From positions 320,001 to 384,000 of the forward strand of contig CAVOHZ010000010.1 in assembly GCA_963695855.1 (NCBI GenBank): DNA of 64,000 nucleotides, given 5' to 3'. Position 1 is the first letter of the stretch. Each line of letters opens with the position of its first letter. The notes beneath the pieces are model-generated. The model had not been told where the DNA came from. It saw only the letters and a list, made by a program, of their open reading frames with translations, and made no database searches. Source of the DNA: an uncultured Nitrososphaerales archaeon. Lineage in GTDB: Archaea; Thermoproteota; Nitrososphaeria; Nitrososphaerales; Nitrososphaeraceae. Below, in pieces: positions 10,151-21,238 of this stretch. The translations under genes and the position numbers were made by a program.

Positions 10151-10623
10151 TAATTATTTTTGAATATACATTCCATTATCGATAAAGTATTACTCTAACG
10201 CATTTATGAATTAATATTGGTTGATGTTCAGAGTCTCAAATAACACAAGGAATTTTCCTGTCCCTGAGATGTAAGACTATATTTTCCATTCTGATCCTCT
10301 GATATCCATTCTAACTCTTTCAGAAAGTCCAACATAGATTTGACAAATTTTTCGTCATTGTCAAATTCTTTTCCAATGGAATCGACATTAAAATTTTCTT
10401 CATGCTTTATTCTATGCAGGATGTATTGTGCTAAATCTAAACTTTTTAGTTCTGGATACACCTTATAATATACAGGCTAAAGATCTAATTAAATACCGAA
10501 TCTTAAATGTTCTAGAACATTCTTGATCTTATTATGGAACTTAATTCTTTATTTGAATTTATTAACTAACTAAAAATAAATAATAATTATTTTTGAATAT
10601 ACATTCCATTATCGATAAAGTAT
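10151..10623. repeat. Perfect 40-bp direct repeats (10151-10190 and 10584-10623) flanking a wHTH gene
   Basis: taattatttttgaatatacattccattatcgataaagtat occurs twice. Confidence 0.9.
10228..10461 (-). CDS. Small winged-helix protein
   Basis: LDFLKELEWISEDQNGKYSLTSQG wing motif. Confidence 0.6.
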   Translation of the reverse strand: MYPELKSLDLAQYILHRIKHEENFNVDSIGKEFDNDEKFVKSMLDFLKELEWISEDQNGKYSLTSQGQENSLCYLRL

Positions 10624-11156
10624 CCTGCCAGACATTTCTTTTTATTTTGTCGTTCCCACTCGTTCCCCTTCGCCTCTACCTGTACCCCTTCCCCCCTTAG
10701 GGACTCGATACGTTCCTTTGATGGCGTGGGAGGTAGTTCATTATGTCTTAGAAGATGATGTATCAAATATTCCTTAATCTCTGAGAACTCTTCAACACAG
10801 TAGTTGCATTTGCAGATAGAACCAATTTGGGACACATGGGACGCTTGGGACGCTTGGGACGCATTGTATTAATAAGCAGAAGAATTATTATTATCATTAT
10901 CACCGTCCCCAGTCCTACTTGTAATAGTCTCCTCTTCTTGCTCCTGTTCCTGCTTCACTTCCTCTAAACTTTCATAACTGCTGGTAGTAGTTGTTGTTGA
11001 ATAGATATCATCATCATCATCATCTTGTTGTTGCTTGTCTTCAACATGTGTCCCATGTGTGCCATGTGTCCCATCCGTCCCTTTTCCCTCGTCAAATAGG
11101 TGTTTATCTCTGCCTTTCCAGTTCGTATCTTTTCCTGTATTTCCTTTGGTGCACAT
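10587..11156 (-). pseudogene. C-terminal remnant of a mobile-element replication protein, with embedded iterons and a terminal C2H2-like Zn finger
   Basis: ORFs 10869..11156 and 10587..10835 are in the same frame, split by one TAA; GTHGTH and SQASQASH repeats are encoded by facing 9-bp arrays; CNYC...HLLRH. Confidence 0.55.
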
Positions 11157-11725
11157 TCGATTATTTTCTTACAACGTTTGTAAGTTGTTGTAGATTTACA
11201 ACCTGCCTTTTTCGCTGCTATTTCTGCACTCTTACCACTGAATTTATCGGTGTCGGTGTCAGTGTGGGGTTCATTTGGTCCCCACATTACCGATTGATTT
11301 GATTGAGATTCAAAACCCTTTTGTCCTTTCTGCGGTAATGTTGATAACTGTCTGAGTCTTGCCCTTTCCTTTTCTATCTTCTCATACTCATAAACAATCA
11401 ATGCCTTTCCAAATTCGTTTAACTGTCTTCTCTTACCGTTGATATCTAGTACAAATTCTCTTTCATTTAACTTGTCCTCAAAAGTCATTTCGTCATATTT
11501 GAAATCAATAGCTTCCTCTGTACATATATCAAATCTATGGTGTCCGTCCAAAATTTCCCCTTTTTCGTTTACTTTACCATTATAATATTGTCCGTTTTTC
11601 TTTATTGACTTTCCTAATGCCTCCTTTTCTTCAAATGATAAAGGAGGTACCATCCTTGCATATTCTGGATTTTTCTTGATTTGTAAATTAACATTAATAA
11701 AACATAATTTTTGTACTGTTGTCAT
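10964..11725 (-). CDS. ParB/Srx N-terminal-domain protein with a scrambled C-terminus
   Basis: PPLS.EE...LGKSIKKNG...ILDGHHR...N.KRRQL; the last about 40 aa run out of frame through the iteron tract. Confidence 0.75.
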   Translation of the reverse strand: MTTVQKLCFINVNLQIKKNPEYARMVPPLSFEEKEALGKSIKKNGQYYNGKVNEKGEILDGHHRFDICTEEAIDFKYDEMTFEDKLNEREFVLDINGKRRQLNEFGKALIVYEYEKIEKERARLRQLSTLPQKGQKGFESQSNQSVMWGPNEPHTDTDTDKFSGKSAEIAAKKAGCKSTTTYKRCKKIIECAPKEIQEKIRTGKAEINTYLTREKGRMGHMAHMGHMLKTSNNKMMMMMISIQQQLLPAVMKV

Positions 11726-12076
11726 CTTTTATTTACAGAATCCATCATATTATTTAGCATATAGTATCTAAGACACTTAGACACGTAGTTTATTATATTG
11801 AGATGAATTCCTTTTGTTCAGCTATGTGCATCTTTTAACTATGAAATCTCCAAGTGATGAATAATAGTATGTAGAGTGAAAAAGATTTATTTCTAATTTG
11901 CTTTTATTGCCTAAAAATTACTGAAATTACATATATTGACAATAGGAAATTTAATACAATTAACCCAATTAATATCAATAAAATACATTCTTTAACATAT
12001 TTCTTTCTAATTACCCTTCATTGTACAATAAAAATTATATTTTGTGCACATTAAATAATTGTAATGCATAATTATA

Positions 12077-12388
12077 TTAAATTCCACTATTTTCTGACTT
12101 TTTAATCTCTATCGTAACTTTGTCTCCTACTTTTAAGCCAGACTCTTCATATTCGCGTATACTTAATTTGAATGTAGGCGCATCACCAAAAGCCATGCTA
12201 CCTCCAAACATCCTAGATAGGTTTTTAGTTAAATCTTCTGGAGACGTAAAAGCCATACCTAAATCACCGAAACGCGATTGCTGTTGCTTCCCTCTTCTAG
12301 CAGTTTTAGTATCGCTAAATACAATAAAAACAAAAGGGCCTTCATCCTGAGAAGCCTCAATTTTTGACACTACAAATTCATTCTTCAT
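12077..12388 (-). CDS. Conserved thaumarchaeal hypothetical protein (arcadin-1-like pattern)
   Basis: FVVSKIE...TFKLSIREYEESGLKVGDKVTIEI. Confidence 0.55.
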   Translation of the reverse strand: MKNEFVVSKIEASQDEGPFVFIVFSDTKTARRGKQQQSRFGDLGMAFTSPEDLTKNLSRMFGGSMAFGDAPTFKLSIREYEESGLKVGDKVTIEIKKSENSGI

Positions 12389-12656
12389 AAATAATGTTAT
12401 TCGTTTTACTTATTAGAATGCTTGGTTTCTAGACTGTCTTATCATTAACGCATTGGAATCTTATTTAGCAACGCTGTCGGCATTTACCTCTCTTCCTGGG
12501 GTACATGTTCATCTGAGCGCAACCTAATTCTACTTCACAATATCAATTCGGAACTCAAACTGACATCATTATGAATTATTTCTAGATACCATCATACAAG
12601 ATCTTATTGTATCTACACATCTTTCCATTGTAGAAAAAAATTACAAAAAAAATTAA

Positions 12657-13391
12657 TCATATATTGTAAAACTCTATTGATTGTCCATTCTTATAACTTT
12701 CATTAAATATCATATCGAAAATCTTTATTGCAACTTTCTCAGGTTTCATCAAATTGAAATTAGGTTTAGTAAATCCATTTTTTATAATATCTTTCATCAT
12801 GTTTGTATCTACCCCACCAGGACATATGGCCATGATTCTTACATTCTCACCAATAACTTCTTTAGCCACACTTTCAGTCAAACCTATCATACCGAACTTG
12901 CTTGCGCAATACGCAGAAAAGTTTTGAAAACCAGACTTTCCAGCACCCGAGCTAACATTGACAATAGTAGCAGAATTATTTTCAAACATAAATGGAAGTA
13001 CTTCCTTGATAAATAGAAAGGTTCCTTTTAAATTAGTATCAATAGTTTTATTCCAATCTTCCTCAGTAGTATCTATTATACTTTTAAAAAATATTGTACC
13101 TGCATTATTAACAAGAATATTAATTCCTCCAAATTTTTTCAACGTTGCATCAACAAGAAATTTTACATCAGAATGTCTGGTAACATCACATTTTAAACCT
13201 AAAATATTTTCTTTTTGGGAAGGAAACCTAAGTTGAAATTCCTTTATCACATTTTCTACGCTATTTTGATTTCTAGAAGATATGGTTACATTTACCCCTT
13301 TTTTCAATAAGAGAAATGCAGTTTCTTTACCGATGCCTCTTGTGCTTCCAGTTACGATTGCCGTATTTTTGTTTTGCTGCTTTGCCTTCAT
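12657..13391 (-). CDS. Short-chain dehydrogenase/reductase (SDR)
   Basis: TGSTRGIG, NNAG, YCASK motifs. Confidence 0.92.
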   Translation of the reverse strand: MKAKQQNKNTAIVTGSTRGIGKETAFLLLKKGVNVTISSRNQNSVENVIKEFQLRFPSQKENILGLKCDVTRHSDVKFLVDATLKKFGGINILVNNAGTIFFKSIIDTTEEDWNKTIDTNLKGTFLFIKEVLPFMFENNSATIVNVSSGAGKSGFQNFSAYCASKFGMIGLTESVAKEVIGENVRIMAICPGGVDTNMMKDIIKNGFTKPNFNLMKPEKVAIKIFDMIFNESYKNGQSIEFYNI

Positions 13392-14265
13392 AATAATATG
13401 TTGTTATGTGTGCTATTGTATTAATTTTTAAAAATGAAGGATATTACTCATTCTAACAGATTTTATGATTTTCTAAAGCAAATAAGCATTTAAATATCCG
13501 AAAGTGGTGTAATATTACAACCACTGAATATTCTTTATAGCGTATTTATTTTGCAGGAACATCACAGAATTGCTAATGCCAATATGACGAATTCATTGCA
13601 ACCTATAGGAATATACTCTCCCAATCAGTGGTGTTGGAGAGAAGGGAAATAGATTAGTCAAACAGACATATCGGTAGCTAGTCAAACTCTTTACTATGAA
13701 AATAGTAGGTTGTTTTTTCTTTCTCTCCGTACTAATTATTTTATTTTGATATTTCTGTATTCATTATATTCTTCGTATACATAATTCTCATTGGACAAGT
13801 CATGTAATGCCTTGATCATAAATATCCCAATAATCATGTTCTGGAACAACTTGAACAGTTCGGTCTTCTGTACTTCCTACCTGTTTCCTAGTCATTACCC
13901 TCTCTAGAATAAAGGCGATCTCTTTTGCATCCTCGAACTTGAGCGCATATTTTTCGGCCTCAAGTTCATTTTTCGAAAGTGCAGAGTTCTCGATTGTTCG
14001 AGTTTAGTGAGTGAATATCTATCCATTTAATCCCGTCTAAACTCCATCTTTTGTCTGAGTACTCCACAAATAATCATTCCTTTCGTTATTTTTAATATAT
14101 CAGATTAATATATCCATAACGGAGATTTCTGATTCTATAGTCATTATTTTTGATTCTGTTGGTTTACAAAATCTCCCAGATTATAAAACCTCTAAAACAA
14201 ATAAAGCGACTAAATATAAAAATCCTTAATTAATTCATCATAATACTAGGCAGACCAATACCAAA

Positions 14266-14516
14266 GATGTGAAGAATGTTTTACGAATAATCTAACTCCA
14301 ACTCAATTCAATCTACTACTGCACCGGCCGGAACAGGCATTACCAGTCAATCAATTAAACCTTTAAGACCTATGCACAATACTAAATCTCATCGAAAATG
14401 GCAGTGAGGGAACAGAAACATTGAGAGGAATATCAAGTGGGACTAGTGACCACGATATTAACGCAATATTGAATTGTTTGGCAAACTCGGGTTTAATTAT
14501 CCGACCAGAAACCTAA
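14266..14516 (+). pseudogene. Orphan C-terminal domain of the secreted-protein family
   Basis: RCEECFTNNLT...DLCTIL...INAILNCLANSGLIIRPET* parallels ACENCF...DLCEFL...ILQCLEDLGIIVEPA of 761..1435. Confidence 0.65.
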
Positions 14517-14691
14517 AATTCTTTTTTTGAATATGAAACTCTAGCGAATATAGGATAGCACCTAAAGATCATTTCTAACTAATTATGTTACTATAGTTTC
14601 TTTGGAGCGTTATTTCTGAATGTTCAATTACTAGATTTGCAGGTAATGTTCCTTCCAATCCCAGAAATATTTTGATCGTATGTAACTATAT

Positions 14692-15420
14692 ATGAACAAG
14701 AAAAAAGCACTATTTCCCTCTATATTACTAATAGCCTCAGGCCTGTTAACCTTAGGACCATTAATAAATACCCAGGCTCAAATCTACGAATTCGATTTGG
14801 GTAATGATCATTATAAAGTATATCCAGATCCAAAAAAGAGTTCTGATGTGATTTTACAAAAATTAAAGTGTGTGAATAGTAACATCAATGTAAATGGTAT
14901 AGATATCACTGAAATACCTCAAAACCCTACTGCGCTAGCAGCAGCAAATGAAGGAGGTGCTGAAGAAACACCAGAAGCAGCAAATACTCAAAACGATAAT
15001 GTTAATGGAAACGGAATTAACGTAGACAGAAACCTTGTAAATATATGTGTAAATGTTAATGTGAACGACCAGATAAAAATTAGTCCTCCAGAAGAATAAC
15101 AAATATGTGAAGAGTACCTTTCAGTTCTAATTCAACCACAAATTTCCTGTCCATTATCAATTGTGGACGAAACATCATTTGCAGCGTATTGAGACACTCG
15201 CGCTGGTACGACAAATATTGTATATGAAACAGAAGATGTAATATAGGCCTTATTTCAGGTACCAGTCATGACCGTACAAGTGATGAGTGCCATAATAGAA
15301 TATCTAGTAAATTCAGGAGAAATTGACCCTCCAACAAATGAATAGCTTTTCTGTGGTGATGCAATAGACAATGATCATGACGGACAGACAAATGATGAGG
15401 ATCCAGATAGTCAAGAATAA
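14692..15420 (+). pseudogene. Secreted-family paralog with a premature stop at 15099
   Basis: LQKLKCVNSNINVNGIDIT and DRNLVNICVNVN; after the stop come QICEEYLS... and a FCGDAIDNDHDGQTNDEDPD motif. Confidence 0.7.
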
Positions 15421-15535
15421 GATGAAAATCCTCTTACTGATCTAGACTAATAAATTAATTTAGCATTACTCTAGAGACATCGCTAGTACCAGCAACAACA
15501 TAAGTGGTAGAAGATTTTTTGTTTTGCTTGATTGA

Positions 15536-15667
15536 TTAGTGTTGTATTTGCTGTTTTTCTAGATATCGGCAAATATGTTTCTTGTTTTTGCGTACTTCCC
15601 AATACTCTCCTTTCACAGGATTCCAGAAAATGGGAGTATTGCAACCGTAGCAGCATGTATTGTTCAT
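15536..15667 (-). CDS. 43-aa Zn-ribbon microprotein (CxxC...HxC)
   Basis: MNNTCCYGCNTPIFWNPVKGEYWEVRKNKKHICRYLEKQQIQH; homology with 502..633 supports the internal ATG at 15667. Confidence 0.6.
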   Translation of the reverse strand: MNNTCCYGCNTPIFWNPVKGEYWEVRKNKKHICRYLEKQQIQH

Positions 15668-15988
15668 ATTGTTTGTATCATTATTATTAATAGTATTTCT
15701 AATATTTGAAATATTGCTATATAGTATTGATACTATTAATACTTCTATAATTAATAGCATTTTCGATATTTTTTAAGTATTAAAACTCATTTCTTGTTTT
15801 TTCCGTTTAAAATAAGATTTTGAATAATATTTATTTATATTGGCTTGTTGCACTCGCGGATTTCACTTTCTACCTAAACATCATTTTCTATTCTTCTTAT
15901 CGTCAATAATTTATAATGATAGAATATTACAAGATTAGATAATGTTCCTTCTAACCATAGATATATTGAATTCGGATTTAACAATGTA

Positions 15989-16915
15989 ATGAACGATAGT
16001 AGCAATAGAATGATAGTTTTTGCTTCTATATTGGGAGCAATACTGGCAACAGATGTACTGGCTCTAAACCCATCACCAATAATAATGATTGCAGGAGCAC
16101 AATCGTACGGAGACCAGAAGTACGGATATGACAATAATAATCATCAAACAAAGAAAAGTAGTGTGAATATCCAGAAAATAAAATGTGTTAATAGTAACAT
16201 AAATGTGAATGGAATAGACATTACTTAGATACCTCAAGATGATACTGCCACTGCAGCAGCAAATGAAGACGGCGTAGCACTAACTGGACAACAAAATGGT
16301 AACGGACTAATAGATAGACTCAACGTAGAAAGAAATCTCGTAAATGTATGTGCTAACGTGAAGGCTAACGACCAGTTAAAGGTTGAGCCTCCTGAACCCT
16401 CAACATTAACCGTAAACAAAGAGATTTTTGGATGTGATAATATCTTTGAAATCAAGGACCAATTAATTATGAACTGTTTTATGCAAAATACTTCTCTAGA
16501 TTGGCTTCCCTGTATCGGTCCTACAATTAGCGATACACCATTCTGTCAATGATTACCAGCAAATCTATTTGATATTGAAGTATTAGATGACCAGAATAAT
16601 CAAATTCAGCAGTTTGAAGGGTCATTTCAGGGAACAACAATTCAGAATCTCCAATTAGGCACATATACAGTAAATGAGATAAGGGTTCCAAATACTACCC
16701 CAACCCCTGTCGACCAATTATTCGAAGATTCTGCCGCCCAAGTAACTTGTATGGGTTTTGGCTTTGACGGAGGAGGGGAATTGAATACAAATCCGCGGTG
16801 CATTATACCATCTGCTTTGAATATGAAGACGAGCAAGGCAACGACTGCAGTACTGTAACACTGGCAGCAGGAGAAGAAAAGACATGTACAGTAAAGAACT
16901 ATATACTTAGTGGTG
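15989..16915 (+). pseudogene. Secreted-family paralog (beta-domain type), interrupted
   Basis: Collinear with 9329..10111; stops at 16228 and 16552 plus a later frameshift; ends ...TCTVKNY. Confidence 0.8.
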
Positions 16916-17600
16916 AAGGACGAAGCACTACGTAAATGCATATATGATGCTTAACTAAGAATGTGAGCGAGAATAAATCTCATCATTAATGACATAAACA
17001 AGACAACGAACAGAGGCTTCAAATCCCACGTCCCCTATTGAATCATTATTCATAAAATTTTTAAAATAAACAAAAATTAACTCAAGATATCTAAAACTTT
17101 ATCTATTATGTTACCGAACCCTGTTATAATGGAAATTCGAAGTCCTCAGAACCCCTATGTATAATAAAGTCATTATTAATTGCAACTGTAATTCCAAACG
17201 ATCAATATAACCTCAATTACTAAATAAATCAGGATACTTTTTGTAAATAAGATTTGGAATTGTATCTTTTCTATCGTCATTTGTAATTCCCCAAAAATGA
17301 CGTTGAAAGAATTTATCAAAACTATAACGGTATTTACGAGATCTCATATAATATTTTATGTTCAAATAGAATATTTATAACGTAATTTTTAAAAATTTCT
17401 TAAAATATTAATGAAATGAATCTTATTTTCTTATCCGATTTAAAATTATTTCATGTTACAGTAGCTAAATAATTTTAAAAAATTTCAACAAAAAATTTTC
17501 TGTCTATTACCTCATAGAATTTTTTTATTTTTAGTGAAACGATATTTGTTTATTGAATTAGGACCCATCATCATATAATTAGTGCTCAAAATGTAAAATT

Positions 17601-18791
17601 CTAGAGAGGTAGTAGTAAATTTATCTTATTCACAAACGTATTTTTTTCTATAGGTTTTCTAATTATATCACTCTTATTCAGTCCAGGGATTACAGATATT
17701 ACCTCATCTACAATATCATATCCCGTAATAAAAAGAAATTTTATAGTCGGATCAATAGTTTTGGCCTGTAGATAAAACTGCAATCCATTCTCTTTTTTTA
17801 ATACAATATCTGTTATTATCAAAAGATTATCATAGAATGGAATTGATGTCATGTATTGTAGTGCCTGTGTGTAATCTGTAAAGGAATTAATATTGTACTT
17901 AAATTCAGTCAAAAATGATTCCAAAGTGTATAAAACTTCAGGATCATCATCAACCAGAATAATTTTTTTTATATTATTATAATCTCTATATTCTTTCTCA
18001 TATTCAACCTGATCTTTCTGATCATCAAGAATAGAAAATTCAGGACCTCTTGTATTATTTAATTTGGAAATATATTGATTTTTATAGGATAAATTTTTTG
18101 GATATTTTCTTTTAATAATATAACATGAATATTTTGTATCCTCTAAAGTCATATACTCTCCTGATACACGAAACAATTTGCATACATTCTTTTGAGAACA
18201 AGTTTCACAACCATTTAAAACAGTAAAATCTTTAGAAAAATTAAACAAGTAATGCTTTTCGACAAAAGGTGAATAAGCTTTTAGGATTCTATAGAAATTG
18301 TCTCCTATTACTAATTCATTCGGGTTAGATAGAATATTAATTTTGGCACATAGGTTTACTGCGGATCCAAAAATATCTAATTGATTGTACTCGCCTGATA
18401 AGGCTATTTCAACCACTCCGTAATCCATGCTTATCCTATAGTTAAACGGTGGAAAGTTTTCAGCTGATAATTTATCATTAAGATTTTGACGATTTTCAAG
18501 TATTTCCAAACCGCATTCTAGTGCCTTTCCAAATCTTGAAATCTTTATAGTATCAGCAGTATCAGGGAAATAAAATAGTAATGAATCGCCAATATTTTTT
18601 ATAATCTTTGCATTATACTTTTTTACTATTTCATATATAGAGTTAATAAATGTCGAGTAATATTTTCTTGTATCACTTGAATTACTAAATTTCAAAGTAT
18701 TTTTTGTTGAATCTACAACGTCAATAAAGCAGATACAACTTTTTATGGAGTTACCTGAAAATCGTATTCCTTTAGAAGAAAAACGACTCAA
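17601..18791 (-). CDS. Class III adenylate/guanylate cyclase domain fused to a C-terminal receiver (REC) domain
   Basis: FIDVVDST, KNIGDSLL, DIFGSAVNLCAKI; ILVDDDPE...ITDI...FITG...KP. Confidence 0.88.
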   Translation of the reverse strand: MSRFSSKGIRFSGNSIKSCICFIDVVDSTKNTLKFSNSSDTRKYYSTFINSIYEIVKKYNAKIIKNIGDSLLFYFPDTADTIKISRFGKALECGLEILENRQNLNDKLSAENFPPFNYRISMDYGVVEIALSGEYNQLDIFGSAVNLCAKINILSNPNELVIGDNFYRILKAYSPFVEKHYLFNFSKDFTVLNGCETCSQKNVCKLFRVSGEYMTLEDTKYSCYIIKRKYPKNLSYKNQYISKLNNTRGPEFSILDDQKDQVEYEKEYRDYNNIKKIILVDDDPEVLYTLESFLTEFKYNINSFTDYTQALQYMTSIPFYDNLLIITDIVLKKENGLQFYLQAKTIDPTIKFLFITGYDIVDEVISVIPGLNKSDIIRKPIEKNTFVNKINLLLPL

Positions 18792-20099
18792 TCTTGAAAA
18801 CTTCCATAATTCTTTAAGATAATAACAATATTTGTAAAATAAATATCAATTAAATAAGAATGAAAATGTATTATATTAGTTTCCATTGAATAGATAAAAT
18901 TATAATCTTATTAAAATGATTTCATCCAATGAGTCCTTTCATTTATAAATATATCTAATTTTATAATATAATATCATGTAAATAGAATTTTACAATTGTC
19001 ATTGTCAGTAAATGATGAGTATAACTTGAAATTTAAGTAATCTTTTTAATACCACTTCTACTATATCAAAATTTTTCGGCGCCGAAAAATTATCCTCATT
19101 ATGGTATCAAATTGTTAAATAATTACTAACAATAATTCTTTACCATTGTTAGGAATAAAAACAATAATGCAAGAATTTATTGAGCAATACCTCCTTATCT
19201 CCTAATCATATAGATAGTTGCTCCATAATATTTCGAATAGACTATCTATAAGAAAATACTCTAATAAATATATTTATATCAATGCTTTCTACGAAAGCTT
19301 TATATAATTTTAAGTGTATTGGAAATGAATAGAATTTTATCTTTAAGTCTGATTATACTTGTAGCAAGTATATAGGTGTAATCGCAATTTCTTCAACTCT
19401 AATCTTTACACAGAGTCCTGAATTCTTAACTGTTGTCACCCGTAATTGGTCATTATAACTCGAATGAGTCCAAAGGTCAAAATCAAGTTTTATCTTCCTT
19501 ATAATTCCAGTATTAGTTTATGAAAAATACAATATCTGTAATTAAATTCTCTCTGAATAGCCTACGTTACCTGACTCAATTTTCTTGCTTCTTATCTGGT
19601 TAATACTATTACATCATTGTTGATTGGATGATATTTAGGAATAGATTTCTTTTCCATGTGATTTCTGTTGTAGGGTATGCTAAAAAGACCAAGATACTAT
19701 CAAAATCCTAATTACGGTATTCTTTTTCATATTGTAATTATTAACAAATACCTTATTTATTGTTCTAATATTATATCGATTCGACAGATCGATATAACTC
19801 TAGAATTACAATTCGTTACCATGATGTAAGGATTTGTTTTGTGCATGTTCTAACAAAAATATTCATAATATAAAAAGATGTTACCTCTGGTTGATATTGA
19901 CCTTCTTTATTTCGAAATCAGACAATAATTAATACTAAATAAAATCCCTTGCTAACGGTTCCAGATGTAGATTCCATTTTAGTTATTTAGGTAATCTGCT
20001 AGTAAAGAATTATTATAATAAATGTGTGCACACTTCAATTTTTACCAAAGGTATTTTATCTTGTATTTATTTTAATTCTAACCTTCTTTATCGCTTTCT

Positions 20100-20520
20100 T
20101 TTCCTATTTTTGAAATATGAGGTATTCGTGGAATTAAAACTGCAAAACCCGTTGCAACAATCGCTACTACATAGTATTCAAATCCTATTGCGATTCCTAT
20201 AGCGGCCGAAAACCAGAACTTCCAGCTGTAGTCAAATTTGTAATTTTTCCGTCTATTTAGCCCTTTGGTATCATTCCTGCGCCTAAGAATCCTATACCGG
20301 ATACAATCTGCGCTGGAATTCTAGAAGATGATTGGGGATCAACTACAGAAGATAAATTCGTAAATATCATTGAACCACAAATAACTAACGCATTGGTGCT
20401 AATTCCAGCAGGTTTTCCTCTAGACTCCCGTTCTGCACCAATAACAAAACAGGCAATTATTGAAAAAACCAGTCCTATCAAAAATTGAATTTCATTCTCT
20501 TTTATTAGCCCCTCTAACAA
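20100..20520 (-). pseudogene. MgtC/SapB-family membrane protein pseudogene
   Basis: IGAERE...KPAGIST...SRIPAQIVSGIGFLGAG; TAA at 20257 followed by ITNLTTA, then a frameshift to WFSAAIGIAIG. Confidence 0.85.
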
Positions 20521-21238
20521 TTCTTGATAGCAAATAGATGAATTTTTGTATCAATAAAAACGTTACCTTTCAAAATAAATATTTTTAATTTTTTAGCTTT
20601 TAATGGATAATTGATTATAATTAAAGAGAGTATTGTTATATCATTACTGACTCTAATGAATCACAATAGATAAAATGAAATTAAGTTGAAAGATAAAAAA
20701 AAAGACGAACAGTTATAACAAAAAAAAACTTAAATAACAAAAAAACAAGTATATTTTGTGGCATAATACTAAATGCAATATTTCTAAAATATTATTGGAC
20801 TATATGTATCAGAATGAAAAATAATCTCATATACAAAGAACAGATGTCATGTACTATCATTCTTTAACGACAAGACTTTTGGGAATTTCGTCGGTGAGTA
20901 AAAATAAACGATTATATTATGAGATAAAAAGGAACTAAAATCATTTGGTAAAGATAATTACAAATTAAAAATCATGTTTATTCTTTATAAGATGAAATTT
21001 GCTAGCAAAAGATCACTTTTTCAACCGCACCACTGAAATGATTGCCCAATACAAGGTAGTATATTATAATTATAAAACTAATACGAACAATTAAAATCCC
21101 AGAATAATTAATTGGATGATAGACATCCAGCAACAACATGCTCCTGATTAATAATATATGTTTACAGAACTACCAGGCAACTTAATGATCTAAATGTTTT
21201 TTAACCTAAGAATGCTAAAATCAAAATAAAATATACAA

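Noticed and set aside
13745-14145. Coding-like minus-strand stretch
   Set aside because: Broken by stops and no recognisable family; cannot be called.
761-16915. Diversity-generating retroelement as the source of the secreted paralogs
   Set aside because: No reverse transcriptase is present and I saw no adenine-specific TR/VR mismatch pattern; differences look like ordinary divergence and decay.
18800-20050. Long AT-rich gap possibly holding decayed genes or an ncRNA
   Set aside because: No sustained ORF, GC-rich stem or recognisable motif was found by eye.
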